A stretch of DNA of 64,000 nucleotides, from the NCBI GenBank assembly GCA_963758635.1, contig CAVWWD010000003.1, positions 256,001 to 320,000 of the forward strand, in the 5' to 3' direction. Below are positions 10,700-23,922 of the stretch, piece by piece. Position 1 is the first letter of the stretch. Each line of letters begins with the position of its first letter. A program made the position numbers and the translations under genes. The notes beneath the pieces are model-generated. The model was not told the DNA's origin. It saw nothing but the letters and a program-made list of their open reading frames with translations, and ran no database searches. This DNA comes from an uncultured Candidatus Rokubacteria bacterium. Its GTDB lineage: Bacteria > Methylomirabilota > Methylomirabilia > Rokubacteriales > CSP1-6.

Positions 10700-10754
10700 G
10701 GTTGTTTCCACTGCATTTCCATATGCGCTCGGTTCGCCTTCGGCTCACCTCGCA
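10700..10754 (-). repeat. Intergenic repeat family A copy
   Basis: Reverse complement of the 7682-7736 unit. Confidence 0.85.
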
Positions 10755-10776
10755 GGACCACGGGACGCGTCCCGGC

Positions 10777-13879
<3,103 letters not shown>

Positions 13880-14063
13880 CGATCTGCTGGATCTCGGGTG
13901 ATGTGAGCGCCTATTCTGCGCCCCGCGTTCGGCGCATGTCCAGGTTTGGCCGTCATCGCCGAGGCGCCCGCGAGCGGCGCGCGTCCGTAGTCGTCGAGCC
14001 GGATCGCCGCGCTCCGAGTCGTCCTCCGGCCGGTCCTGTAGCGTCGCACGTCGTCCCGGAGCC

Positions 14064-14078
14064 GCAAGTTCTGCGCCA
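14064..14078 (-). promoter_or_regulatory. Putative sigma54 (-24/-12) promoter for the hybrid kinase
   Basis: Minus strand TGGCGC-AGAAC-TTGC, matching TGGCAC-N5-TTGC, about 185 nt upstream of ATG 13879. Confidence 0.5.
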
Positions 14079-14309
14079 TCGCCCGGACCGGGTCGAGGCG
14101 CCAATAGAATCGCAAGGTTGCGAATTTGGCCGGCCGTCGAGCGGGCGCTCCGGCGTCCCGTTTGCGAGAGGCCGCTTGCCAAATTTCGTCGGCCTCGCGA
14201 CACCGGCTCGTGCTGGCGCCACGCGTGGGTGTCGTGCGGCCACGGCAGGGGAAGCGAGCACGGGCGGTGACGGTTTCATCGTGGGCGCCGGCGCGCTATT
14301 GTACGGGCC

Positions 14310-15338
14310 ATGCCAACCATGGATCCGGCCAAGCTCGAGGCGACGGCGACCCGCATCTTCACCGCTCTCGGCGCTCCCCCAGGGGACGCGGCGTGGGTGG
14401 CGGCACTTCTCGTGCGCGCCAACCTCCGCGGCCACGACTCGCACGGGGTGATCCGCATCCCGGAGTACGCGGCCAAGGTGCGCAAGGGCGAGGTCGACCC
14501 GACCTCGCCGGTGACCGTCGTGCGCGACAGCCCGACGACGGCCACGCTCGACGGCGGGCGCGGGTTCGGCCAGGTGGTGGCACGCCGCGGGATGGAGCTG
14601 GCCATGGCCAAGGCCAAGGCGCTCGGCATCGCCGCGGTCGGCCTCTCGCGGACGGGGCACGTGGGTCGCCTCGCCGACTACGCCGAGATGGCCGCGAACG
14701 CCGGGCAGGTGGCGATGCTCTGGGCGAACGCCGTGTTCGGTCTGAACGTCGCGCCGTGGGGCGGCGCGGCCCGGCGACTCGGCACCAATCCCCACGCGAT
14801 CGCCATTCCCGGCGGTGCGGCGCCCGCGATGGTGCTCGACTTCGCGACCAGCGTGGTGGCCGAGGGCAAGATCCGCGTCAAGCGGAACCGCGGCGAGCGC
14901 GCGCCCGAGGGCTGGTTCATGGACTCGGAGGGACGGCCGTGCACCGACCCCACCGTGTTCTACGGCGAGCCGCGCGGCGCGATCTACCCCGCCGCCGACC
15001 ACAAGGGCTACGGCATGGGCCTCGCCGTCGAGATCCTGGGCGGCATCCTCTCCGGCACCGGCCCCGCGGGTCCGGGCACGGGAATCTTCGCCAACGGCAC
15101 GCTGATGATCTGCCTCGACGTGGAGCGCTTCATCGGCCGCGAGGAGTTCGACCGCCAGGTCGCCGCTTTGCTCGAGTGGGTGCGCTCGGCGCCGCGCGCG
15201 CCGGGGTTCACGGAGATCCTGGTGCCGGGGGAGCCGGAAGCGCGCCTGGCCGCGCAGCGGAGCGCGGGCATCCCGATCGACGACGAGACCTGGGCCCAGA
15301 TCCAGGCCGTGGCAGATGAAGTGCGAAGCGAGCCGTAG
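14310..15338 (+). CDS. Ldh_2 family (malate/L-lactate/ureidoglycolate) dehydrogenase
   Basis: GHDSHG, HVGRLADY, GTNP, LDFATS and HKGYG motifs. Confidence 0.9.
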   Translation: MPTMDPAKLEATATRIFTALGAPPGDAAWVAALLVRANLRGHDSHGVIRIPEYAAKVRKGEVDPTSPVTVVRDSPTTATLDGGRGFGQVVARRGMELAMAKAKALGIAAVGLSRTGHVGRLADYAEMAANAGQVAMLWANAVFGLNVAPWGGAARRLGTNPHAIAIPGGAAPAMVLDFATSVVAEGKIRVKRNRGERAPEGWFMDSEGRPCTDPTVFYGEPRGAIYPAADHKGYGMGLAVEILGGILSGTGPAGPGTGIFANGTLMICLDVERFIGREEFDRQVAALLEWVRSAPRAPGFTEILVPGEPEARLAAQRSAGIPIDDETWAQIQAVADEVRSEP

Positions 15339-15500
15339 GCGAGCGGAGCGCATATGGAAATGAAGTGGAAACGACCAGCACCCGAGCTTTAGCGCACCGG
15401 ACATGAAGCGAAACGAGCCGTACGCGAGTGGAGCGCACATGGAAATGAAGTGGAAACAACCAGCACCCGAGCTTTAGCGCACCTGGAATGAAGCAGAAAC
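15321..15500 (+). repeat. Family A repeat, two tandem units of about 85 nt
   Basis: GAGCGCA(T/C)ATGGAAATGAAGTGGAAAC(G/A)ACCAGCACCCGAGCTTTAGCGCACC occurs twice; the first unit supplies the stop codon of the upstream gene. Confidence 0.85.
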
Positions 15501-15525
15501 CACCACCCCCCGAACAAGCGCGCCG

Positions 15526-16344
15526 TCAGGGGAACAGGCGGTCGGCGTTGCCGAACGCGATCTTCTCGGCGACCTCGCGCGGGAGCTGCGAGAGGTAGCC
15601 GCGCACCTCGGACACGGAGCCCGGCAGCGCCTCCCATCGCGACGTGACCCACGTGTCCGTCCCGGCCAGGAAGCGGTCGGGGTACTTCATGAAGACGGCC
15701 CGCCACCCGGGGTCCAGCGTGCCGCCCGGCGCCACGTCGCCGTTCCTGATGGCCAGGTCCACCCAGAGCGTGGGATAGCGATCGAGGAGGGCGGCCACCG
15801 CCTGCGGGCCCGAGCTCATGCCGGCGTGGGCCCAGATCACCCGGAGCCGCGGCTCGATCGTGAACAGCTCCACGATGGCCACCTCGTCCGAGTGCGCGTG
15901 CAGGTAGAGGTTGTCGCGCACCGCGATCTCGATCACCCGCTTGATCACCGGCGTGCCGGTCTGGCCCGCGAAGAGGTGGAACTCGCCGATCCCCCGGTGC
16001 ACCTTCAGGGCCAGGCGCGACTCGATGTAGGGGATCACCGACGCGTCCTGCCACCACGTGCCGATGTCGTCCCGCGTGCGGTACGGCCGCAGGATCGGCA
16101 CCACGCGCGTCGGGTCCTTCTGGTGCAGGCGGATCGTCCCGTCGTCGGGCGTGCTCGACACCAGCGCCCGCTTCACGCCGGCTTTCGCCAGGATCCCGAG
16201 GATGCGGTCCTCCGGGTACTCCGCCCAGTCGGGCGCGCTGTAATGGATGTGCGTGTCGAAGATCGGAAGGTCCGCGGTCTGGGCGCGGACGCCTCCCGCG
16301 ATCACCAGGACGAGCACGGCGGCGAGGAGCCGGGACGAGCGCAT
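15526..16344 (-). CDS. Secreted amidohydrolase family protein
   Basis: Signal peptide, DTHIH, IGEFH, HAH, WAHAG and GTDTW metal ligands. Confidence 0.85.
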   Translation of the reverse strand: MRSSRLLAAVLVLVIAGGVRAQTADLPIFDTHIHYSAPDWAEYPEDRILGILAKAGVKRALVSSTPDDGTIRLHQKDPTRVVPILRPYRTRDDIGTWWQDASVIPYIESRLALKVHRGIGEFHLFAGQTGTPVIKRVIEIAVRDNLYLHAHSDEVAIVELFTIEPRLRVIWAHAGMSSGPQAVAALLDRYPTLWVDLAIRNGDVAPGGTLDPGWRAVFMKYPDRFLAGTDTWVTSRWEALPGSVSEVRGYLSQLPREVAEKIAFGNADRLFP

Positions 16345-16413
16345 TGGCGGCAAGACTACCACGGACGGTCGGCCGGCTTGCGCCCACCGTGCATCCTCTC
16401 TACGATTGAGAGC

Positions 16414-16845
16414 GTGTTCACGATCCGGAGCGCAATTCGCGCGCATCGCCGGCTCGGCGCCGTCGTCCTCGCCGCCGGCCTGGCCGCCTCGTGGCCAGAG
16501 AGCGCCTCCGCCCAGCCCTCGCGCGGCGGCGGGAGCATCGGATCCCTGCCCGCGGTCCGTACCGGTCCAGCCCCGAGTGCGATCGACCAGTCGCGGAGTC
16601 TCTCGACGCACGGCGTGCCGAAGCTGGGCGCGGCGACAACGCCCGCCGAGCGTCTGGTGCCCGAGCGTCGCGTGCGTGATCCCCTGACGGGCCGCGAGAT
16701 CGTGATCCCCGCGCACTACGAGCGCCGCATCACCGACCAGCAGTGGTGGGTGCCGCCGCTCACCGGATACGGCGCCAACCACGAGGGTCCCGTCCACATC
16801 CAGGGCGGCTCCCAGCCTCCCGCCGACCAGCGCCAGGCTCCCTGA
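16414..16845 (+). CDS. Hypothetical secreted protein
   Basis: Signal-peptide-like LGAVVLAAGLAASWPESASAQ; divergent from the amidohydrolase; start uncertain. Confidence 0.55.
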   Translation: MFTIRSAIRAHRRLGAVVLAAGLAASWPESASAQPSRGGGSIGSLPAVRTGPAPSAIDQSRSLSTHGVPKLGAATTPAERLVPERRVRDPLTGREIVIPAHYERRITDQQWWVPPLTGYGANHEGPVHIQGGSQPPADQRQAP

Positions 16846-16958
16846 GCGAGAATGAACGGCGACACGGCGCTCCGTGTGGACGCAGAATCGCCGCGTTGGC
16901 CCGCTCGCCGACGTCGACATCCGCATTGCTTCACAACCTAGAAGCGAGGAGACCGCCC

Positions 16959-17180
16959 GTGCTCGATACCGTCGGCATGAAGGAGATCAACCGGATCTTC
17001 GAGGTGATCGACGGTCTCGGGATCCACCGGGAGCAGGTGGTGATCCCGCTCGGCACCGGCCAGGGCCGGGTGCGGCGGCTCCCCAGCGGCAAGCTCGAGA
17101 TCATCGTCGACGCCGAGACGCCCTTCGAGCAGTGGGTCGAGGGCCTGCCCGGACTGATCCGCGCCGCCCAGGGCCAGTGA
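16959..17180 (+). CDS. Small hypothetical protein (73 aa)
   Basis: GAGGAG RBS, typical codon usage, GTGA overlap with the next gene. Confidence 0.7.
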   Translation: MLDTVGMKEINRIFEVIDGLGIHREQVVIPLGTGQGRVRRLPSGKLEIIVDAETPFEQWVEGLPGLIRAAQGQ

Positions 17181-18496
17181 GCGTCGCCCCAGGCGGACGC
17201 GCCCTCCGTCGCGACCTCGGCCTCCTTCCTCTCGTCGCGATCGTCTTCTTCAACGTCAGCGGCGGTCCCTACGGGATCGAGGACGCGGTGTCCTCGTTCG
17301 GCCCCGGGCTCACGCTGCTGCTGCTGGCCCTGACGCCGGTCGTGTGGAGCCTGCCCGTGGCCCTCGCCATGGCGGAGATGGCGTCGGCCCTGCCCGACGA
17401 GGGCGGCTACGTGGTCTGGGTGCGGCGAGCGTTCGGTCCCTTCTGGGGCTTCCAGGTCGGGTGGTGGAGCTGGCTGAACAGCTTCGTCGACGTGGCGGTG
17501 TACCCGGCGCTCTTCGCCGACTACCTGAAGTTCTGGTGGCCGGCGATGGGCTCGGTCGAACGCTTCGCCGCCGCGCTGGCCTTCATCTGGCTGCTCACCG
17601 GGCTCAACCTGGCCGGCGTGCGGCTCGTGGGCCGGAGCGCGGTGGCGCTCGGCGTGTTCGCGCTGGTCCCCATGGCCGTCTTCACCGTGATCGCGGCCAC
17701 GCGCGCCACGCACGCGCCGTGGCTGCCTCTGGCCGCGCCCGGGCAGGGGCTGGTCGAGGGGCTGGGCCTCGGGCTCGCCGTGATGATGTGGAACTACTCG
17801 GGCTGGGACACGCCCAGCACGTGCCTCGGTGAGACGCGCGCGCCGGAGACGGCGTTCCGTCGCGCGCTGTTCATGGCCGTGCCGCTGATCTCGCTCGCCT
17901 ACCTGCTGCCCGTGGCGGCGGGGCTCTCGGCGACCTCGGACTGGAAGGCCTGGGATACCGGACACTGGCCGGTGATGGCCGCCGCCGTCGGCGGCCCGGG
18001 ACTGGCCAGCCTTGTCACGATCGGCGCGCTCGTCGCCACGTCCGGGCTCTTCCTGTCGTCGCTCCTCACCAACTCACGGCTGCCCTTCGCGCTGGCCCGC
18101 GCCGGTCAGATGCCTCGCTGGCTGGGCGCGGTGCACGCGCCCTCCGGCACGCCGCGGGCCGCCGTGCTCGCCTCGAGCGCCGCCTACAGCGTGTTCGCGT
18201 TCTGGGACTTCAAGGAGCTGATCGTCCTGAACATCTGGCTCTACTCGATCTCGCTCCTGCTCGAGCTGGCCGCGTTCGTGGCGTTGCGCCTGCGCGAGCC
18301 CGACCTTCCGCGGCCCTGGCGCGTCGGCGGCGGGGCGGTGGGGATGTGGCTGACCGCGGCGCTTCCCGCCACGATGAGCCTCGTGGCCATGGCCACGGCG
18401 GGCTGGCTCAACACCCTGGTGGGTACTGGCGCCGCGCTCACCGGCCTCGTCGCCTACCGGTGCTGGGCCTCGGGCCCGGACCGCGCGAGGGCCTGA
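17177..18496 (+). CDS. APC family amino acid/polyamine permease
   Basis: VSGGPYGIE, EMASALPDEGG and WNYSGWD motifs; many TM segments. Confidence 0.9.
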   Translation: MSVAPGGRALRRDLGLLPLVAIVFFNVSGGPYGIEDAVSSFGPGLTLLLLALTPVVWSLPVALAMAEMASALPDEGGYVVWVRRAFGPFWGFQVGWWSWLNSFVDVAVYPALFADYLKFWWPAMGSVERFAAALAFIWLLTGLNLAGVRLVGRSAVALGVFALVPMAVFTVIAATRATHAPWLPLAAPGQGLVEGLGLGLAVMMWNYSGWDTPSTCLGETRAPETAFRRALFMAVPLISLAYLLPVAAGLSATSDWKAWDTGHWPVMAAAVGGPGLASLVTIGALVATSGLFLSSLLTNSRLPFALARAGQMPRWLGAVHAPSGTPRAAVLASSAAYSVFAFWDFKELIVLNIWLYSISLLLELAAFVALRLREPDLPRPWRVGGGAVGMWLTAALPATMSLVAMATAGWLNTLVGTGAALTGLVAYRCWASGPDRARA

Positions 18497-19269
18497 GCCA
18501 GCCGGAGCGCGGCGGCCACCGGCGCCTCGCCGGGCGCGCGCGGCGTGAGCGCGACGCCGTGGCCCCGCACCGCACGCCAGACGCCCCCGCGGAAGCCGGC
18601 GTCCTCCATCAGGCGTCCGGCCCACGTCACCGCGAAGGGACGCGGAAGCCGGAGCCGGCGCGCCAGCCCCACGCCCAGTGCCGCGAGCTCGGCCTGCGCG
18701 TCACGCACGATCGCGCGGGCGCGGCGGTCGCCTCGCGCCGCGCGGCGCAGCACGAGCGCCGCCCGCGCGGCGATCCTGGCGACGGCGTCGGGCGCGGTCG
18801 CCAGGCGGCGCGCCTCCGCCGGGTCGCCGGCCGCGATCCAGCGCCGGCCGATCCAGAACGCCGAGCCCTCGTCACCCACGAGCGGACCGAGCCCGCCCGC
18901 CCGCGCCCAGCGTCCCCGCGCGTCGCGGCCGAGCGCGATGGAGCCGGTGCCGGCGAGCACGAGAACGCCCGCCTGGTCGCCGAGCGCGCCACGGAACGCG
19001 GCCTCCACGTCGGAGATCGCCTGCACGCGGCGGGCGAGGCCGGCGAGCCGGCGCTCGGCGCGGGCGCGCTCGGCGGCGGTCCACACGCCGCGCGCGGCCA
19101 CCACCAGCACGTCAACGTCGCCGCGGCCGATCCCGAGCCGTCGCCAGAGTCGGGTGAGCGGCTCGGCCGGATCGCGGGTGGGGCCCGCGGGCCCCTCGGC
19201 GCGGAGACGCCGCCCGTCGCGCTCCACGGCGAGGACGCGGGCCCGCGTACCGCCCACGTCGGCGCCCAC
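18454..19269 (-). CDS. BadF/BadG/BcrA/BcrD-family sugar kinase (GlcNAc/MurNAc kinase-like)
   Basis: GADVGGT, ISDVEAA, AGTGSIA and GGLGPLVGDEGSAFWIG motifs; start approximate. Confidence 0.8.
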   Translation of the reverse strand: MGADVGGTRARVLAVERDGRRLRAEGPAGPTRDPAEPLTRLWRRLGIGRGDVDVLVVAARGVWTAAERARAERRLAGLARRVQAISDVEAAFRGALGDQAGVLVLAGTGSIALGRDARGRWARAGGLGPLVGDEGSAFWIGRRWIAAGDPAEARRLATAPDAVARIAARAALVLRRAARGDRRARAIVRDAQAELAALGVGLARRLRLPRPFAVTWAGRLMEDAGFRGGVWRAVRGHGVALTPRAPGEAPVAAALRLAQALARSGPEAQHR

Positions 19270-19315
19270 GACGAGGCCACGCCCGGGTCCCGTCAGCCGA
19301 GACGCCGAGGCGGCG

Positions 19316-19579
19316 CGTGAGCCCGCAGGGGCGCGAGGTCGCCGGCGTGTGCTGTTCAGAGGCTGCTCGGTCTGGAAAGGGTGGCGGTCACGCGGAGGAT
19401 TGTACGTCCTGGTATGCGTGAGCCCGCAGGGGCGCGAGGTCGCCGGCGTGTGCTGATCCGAGGCTGCTCGGCTTGGAAAAGGGGCAGGGATGTACGTCCT
19501 AGGCGGTACGTGGAGGCCGCAGGGACGCGCGATGTCGCCGGCGTGTGCTGATCAAGGGCTGCTCGGCTTGGAAAAAGGG
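19316..19579. repeat. Family E: three tandem degenerate units of about 92-101 nt
   Basis: CGTG(G)AG.CCGCAGGG..CGCG...GTCGCCGGCGTGTGCTG...GGCTGCTCGG..TGGAAA starts at 19316, 19417 and 19509. Confidence 0.85.
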
Positions 19580-19596
19580 CATCATGGCGGGAGCCC

Positions 19597-21105
19597 ATGG
19601 CCTCCGCACCCCCGTCGGGAGGATTGACGTGGCCGGACTACGCCATGCTCGTGCTCGCCCTGGGTGCCCTCGTCGCGCTGGGCGCGGCGTTCAGCCGTGG
19701 GCAGAAGGACACCGGCGACTTCCTGCTCGCTCGCCGCCGCATCCCGTGGTGGGCGGCCTCCCTGTCCTTCCTCGCCACCGAGATCAGCGCGGTCACCATC
19801 ATCTCGGTGCCCGCCACCGCGTACAGCGAGAACTGGCAGTACCTCCAGTTCTTCGTGGGATCGAGCCTCGCCAAGTTCGTGGTCGCCTGGCTCTTCATCC
19901 CCGCCTTCTACCGGCACGACTGCACGACGATCTACGAGTTCCTCCGGTACCGGTTCGGCACGGCGAGCCAGGTGACGGGCTCGATCTTCTTCTTCGTCAC
20001 CCGCCTGCTCGGCTCGGGCGTCCGCCTGATGGCCGCCGCCCTCGCCGTGTCGATCCTCGTGGGCTGGCCGCTCCCCGCCACCATCGCGCTCTTCACCGCC
20101 GTGTCCATCGCCTACATCGCGGCGGGCGGCGTCAAGGCGGTGGTGTGGACGAACGTGCTCCAGGCCGGCGCGTTCCTCGTCGGCGGGCTCGCCACCGTCG
20201 TCTTCCTCGCCGCGTCGGTCGACGGCGGGCTGGCCGCCATCTACGCGACCGCCGCCGAGGCGGGGAGGATCACCGCGATCAACTGGGGCCCGACGCCGGG
20301 CGCGCCCGACTTCTGGCCGCGCGTCCTCACCGACCCCAACATCTTCTGGCTCGCCGTGCTGAACGGGCTCGTGGGCTCGATGGCGGCCTTCGGCACCGAC
20401 TACGACCTGATGCAGCGGCTCCTCACCGTCGAGAAGCGCCGCGAGAGCCAGCGCACGCTCGCCCTCACGCCCATCGGGACGCTGGTGACGCTGGCCCTCT
20501 ACCTGTCGATCGGCGCGGGGCTCTTCACGTACTACGCGCAGCACCCGGGGCAGGCGCTGCCGCGTCCCGACGAGATCTTCCCGTTCTTCATCCGCACCGC
20601 GATGCCGGAGATCTTGCGCGGGCTGATGCTCGTCGCCATCGTGCTCGCCTCCATCGACTCGCCGCTCGGCTCGCTCGCCGGCTCGTTCGTCACCGACATC
20701 TATCGGCCGCTCATCGCGCGCGGGCGGAGCGAGCGCCACTACGTGCTCGTCTCGCGGGTCGCGGTGATGGGCTTCGGGCTCGCGCTGGCCCTGCTCGCGT
20801 GGGGGTTCTCGTACTTCGACCGCATCCTGTGGCTCGCGTTCAAGATCGCCGGCGTCACCTTCGGCTCGCTGCTCGGCGTGTTCCTCCTGGGCCTCCTGAC
20901 CGGCGTGCGCGCCAACCGCGCCAACGTGGTGGCGATGACGGTGATGGCGCTGGTGAACCTGGTCCTCCTCGCGCTGGCCGAGGCGCGCGTGATCGCGCTC
21001 GGCTGGTCGTGGCTGGTCATCCTGGGCACGGTGGGAACGATGGCGCTGGCCGCTCTCCTCGCGCCCGCGCTCGACGGCGCGGCCCGCCCCGCGCCGCGCG
21101 GCTGA
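19597..21105 (+). CDS. Sodium:solute symporter (SSS) family transporter
   Basis: DFLLARRRIPWW, TIYEFLRYRF, GGVKAVVWT and DLMQRLL motifs. Confidence 0.9.
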   Translation: MASAPPSGGLTWPDYAMLVLALGALVALGAAFSRGQKDTGDFLLARRRIPWWAASLSFLATEISAVTIISVPATAYSENWQYLQFFVGSSLAKFVVAWLFIPAFYRHDCTTIYEFLRYRFGTASQVTGSIFFFVTRLLGSGVRLMAAALAVSILVGWPLPATIALFTAVSIAYIAAGGVKAVVWTNVLQAGAFLVGGLATVVFLAASVDGGLAAIYATAAEAGRITAINWGPTPGAPDFWPRVLTDPNIFWLAVLNGLVGSMAAFGTDYDLMQRLLTVEKRRESQRTLALTPIGTLVTLALYLSIGAGLFTYYAQHPGQALPRPDEIFPFFIRTAMPEILRGLMLVAIVLASIDSPLGSLAGSFVTDIYRPLIARGRSERHYVLVSRVAVMGFGLALALLAWGFSYFDRILWLAFKIAGVTFGSLLGVFLLGLLTGVRANRANVVAMTVMALVNLVLLALAEARVIALGWSWLVILGTVGTMALAALLAPALDGAARPAPRG

Positions 21106-21136
21106 CCACCGCCGCCCGGGCGCTCCGGAGCGTCGA

Positions 21137-21282
21137 GGGGCGGCGGGGAGGGACCTGGGGTCACGGGACCCTTTCCCTCCATCGGTCAGCGGACCGAGCG
21201 CGCCCGGATGGAGCCCAGTCCCAGCGGGGTAGCGGACGCGTGCGGCGTGGTCCCACGACCCCAGGTCCCTCCCCGCCGCCCC
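21137..21282. repeat. Family C structured element, copy 1 (perfect 26-bp terminal inverted repeat)
   Basis: GGGGCGGCGGGGAGGGACCTGGGGTC (21137-21162) and its exact complement (21257-21282); homologous to 33785-33928. Confidence 0.85.
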
Positions 21283-21334
21283 GCCCACGCGCGGGCTATC
21301 CGGGGAGCCCAGGAGGACGGCGTATCATCGGCGC

Positions 21335-22336
21335 ATGAACCCGGCACGCGAGGCGGGCGACGACGCGCGGGTCCGCATCCGCGCGGGGCTGATCTCGCTC
21401 GTCGTCTCGGCGGTTCTGCTCGGGGTGAAGTACTGGGCGTACCTGCTCACCGGCTCCACCGCCATCCTGTCCGACGCGCTCGAGTCGATCGTCAACGTGG
21501 TGGCGGCGGTGTTCGCCCTGAGCGCGCTCGCCTTCGCCGGACGGCCCGCCGACCGCAACCACCCCTACGGCCACGGCAAGGTCGAGTTCATCTCCGCGGC
21601 CTTCGAGGGCGGCCTCATCGCGTTCGCCGCCGTGCTCATCGTCTACGAGGCCGCCCAGGTCCTCGTGCGCGGGGCCACGCTGCGCCAGCTGGACACCGGC
21701 GTGGGCATCGTGCTCGCCGCCGGCCTGGTCAACCTCGCGCTGGGCACGTTCCTGGTGCGCACCGGGCGCCGGCACGGCTCGATCGCCCTGCTCGCCGACG
21801 GCCAGCACGTCCTCGCCGACTTCTGGACCAGCGTGGGCATCGTGACCGGGCTCGTCGTCGTCCGGGTGAGCGGGCTCGCGTGGCTCGATCCCCTCGTGGC
21901 GCTCGTCGTCGCCGGGAACCTCATGCGGACGGGATTCCGACTGGTCAGGCACGCCGCGGGCGGCCTCCTCGACGAGGAGGACCCGGCGCTCCTCACCCGC
22001 CTGCTCGACGTCCTCCGGGGCCACGTGGGCAAGGGCGTGATCCGCGTCCACCACCTGCGGGCCATCCGCTCCGGCAGCTCTCACCACGTCGACGCGCATC
22101 TGGTGGTGCCCGAGTTCTGGTCCGTGGACCGGGCCCACGAGGTCGCGGAGGACCTGTCCCGCCGCGTCATCGCCGAGCTGGGCGTGGAGGGCGAGCTGGT
22201 GTTCCACACCGATCCCTGTCACCGCGCCTACTGCGCGATGTGCGATCTGGACGACTGCCCGGTGCGGAAGCAGCCGTTCAGCGGTCGCCCCCTCCTGACC
22301 CTGGACGAGGCGGTGCAACCTGACCTGATCCCGTGA
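21335..22336 (+). CDS. Cation diffusion facilitator (CDF) transporter
   Basis: SDALES, HPYGHGKVE, ADGQHVLAD and WLDP motifs; Cys-rich C-terminus. Confidence 0.92.
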   Translation: MNPAREAGDDARVRIRAGLISLVVSAVLLGVKYWAYLLTGSTAILSDALESIVNVVAAVFALSALAFAGRPADRNHPYGHGKVEFISAAFEGGLIAFAAVLIVYEAAQVLVRGATLRQLDTGVGIVLAAGLVNLALGTFLVRTGRRHGSIALLADGQHVLADFWTSVGIVTGLVVVRVSGLAWLDPLVALVVAGNLMRTGFRLVRHAAGGLLDEEDPALLTRLLDVLRGHVGKGVIRVHHLRAIRSGSSHHVDAHLVVPEFWSVDRAHEVAEDLSRRVIAELGVEGELVFHTDPCHRAYCAMCDLDDCPVRKQPFSGRPLLTLDEAVQPDLIP

Positions 22337-22398
22337 ATGCCGAGCGGTGGGATTGTAGAGGCCCGTGGCGGTTACCGTATTCTGCGAGGATCATTAGC
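22336..22398. repeat. Family D 63-nt hairpin repeat, copy 1
   Basis: AATGCCGAGCGGTGGGA.TGTAGAGGCCCGTGGC...ATTCTGCG; second copy at 50683-50745. Confidence 0.8.
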
Positions 22399-23918
22399 TC
22401 AGCAGCCGGGCGAGCACGGCGTCGAGCTGGCAGCGGCGCCAGCCGTAGGCGGTGGCGCCGCCGACGCCCGGCGCGAGCAGGCGCGCGTCGTAGGGGTCTC
22501 GCATCAGCGCCACGGTGAGGGCGCGGCGCGCCGCCGTCCTCGCCTGGAGCGCGTCGAGCAGCGCGCGGTTCGACGCGTAGAGGTGCGCGTCGTAGAGGAA
22601 GAGGACCACGGCGTCCACCGCGGCGGCCTGGTCCGCCGCCGCCGCGATCTCGGCGGCGTCGGGCTCGACGCCCACCACGCGCACCTCGGGCGCGATCCCG
22701 TACGCGGCGAACGCCGACTTCACGTAGCCCGCCTCGTCGAGCATCTCGTCCTCGATGGTGATCCGGTCGGCCAGCGCGGACAGGCGGGGGAACACGGCGA
22801 GCACGCGCCCGTTCAGCCGGAGCCGCCAGTCCGCGGGCAGCGGGCTCACCACGGTGACGGCGCGCGTCGCCATCGCCCGGGCGAGCGGCGCGCCGTCGGG
22901 CTCCGCGCGTGCGGGGCCGCCGTCGAAGCGCGCGCTCCGCCGGGCGCACAGCGCCTCCACGCGCGCCGCGCTGTCCTCCAGCTCGCGTCGGGGCAGCGTC
23001 CCGTCGCGGGCGGCGGCGAGGAGCGCCGCGTGGGCGGCGCGCTGGGCCGCCTCGGTGTGGCACACCAGCAGCACGTCGTGGCCGGCCGCGGCCGCCCGCA
23101 CCGTGGCCTCGCCCACCGGACAGAGCTCGCCGATCGCGCCCATCTCGAGGTCGTCGGACACGATGACGCCGCGGAAGCCGACCTCGCGGCGGAGGTAGTC
23201 GTGGACGATGAGCCGCGAGAACGTCGCGGGGGTGGCCGGGCTCGCGTCGAGGGCAGGGTAGAGCGGGTGGGGACGTCATCAGGCAGTCCACGCCGGCCTC
23301 GATCGCCGCGAAGAACGGCGGCAGGTGGCCGGCGTGCATCTCCGCCCAGTCCGATCCGATGACGGGAAGCCCGAGATGGGCGTCGACCGGGGCGTGGCCC
23401 TTGCCCGGAAAGTGCTTGGCGCAGGCGGAGAGCCCGGCCGCCTGCATGCCCCGGATGCGCGCCGCCCCGTAGCGGGACACCAGCGCCGGGTCCTTGCCGT
23501 AGGAGCGGATGCCGATGTTCGGGCTGTAGCGCTCGGTGAGCACGTCGAGCACGGGCGAGAAGCTCAGGTCGACGCCGAGGCGCCGCATCTCGCGGCCCTC
23601 GATCAGCCCCTGGCGGTGCACGAACGCGGGATCGCCCGCGGCGCCGGCGGTCAGGTTGTCGGGGAAGATGGTCACGCCCGACCGCAGCATGACGATGCGC
23701 CCGCCCTCGTGATCGGTGGCGACCAGAAGGCGCCGGCCCAGCGCCTCCTCGAGACGTGTGAGCGCGCGAGCCAGGCGCTCGGGCGTCTCGAAGTTCCGGC
23801 GGTAGAGGATGATCCCGCCGGCCTCCGTCTCCCGGAACAGGCGGATCTCCGCGTCGCCGACGTCGGGGCCGCGGATGCCCCACATGAGGCGGCGTCCCAC
23901 CAGGGTCTCGAGCGTCAT
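22394..23918 (-). CDS. nagZ: GH3 beta-N-acetylhexosaminidase NagZ (frameshift near 23270)
   Basis: DHEGG, KHFPGKGHAPVDAH and SDDLEMGA motifs, plus a C-terminal domain. Confidence 0.88.
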
Positions 23919-23922
23919 GGCC

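Noticed and set aside
15321..15500. Possible CRISPR array (repeats ending GTGGAAAC); also 19316-19579 and 52138-52288
   Set aside because: Only 2-3 units each, the intervening sequences are near-identical rather than unique spacers, copies are scattered singly, and there are no cas genes.
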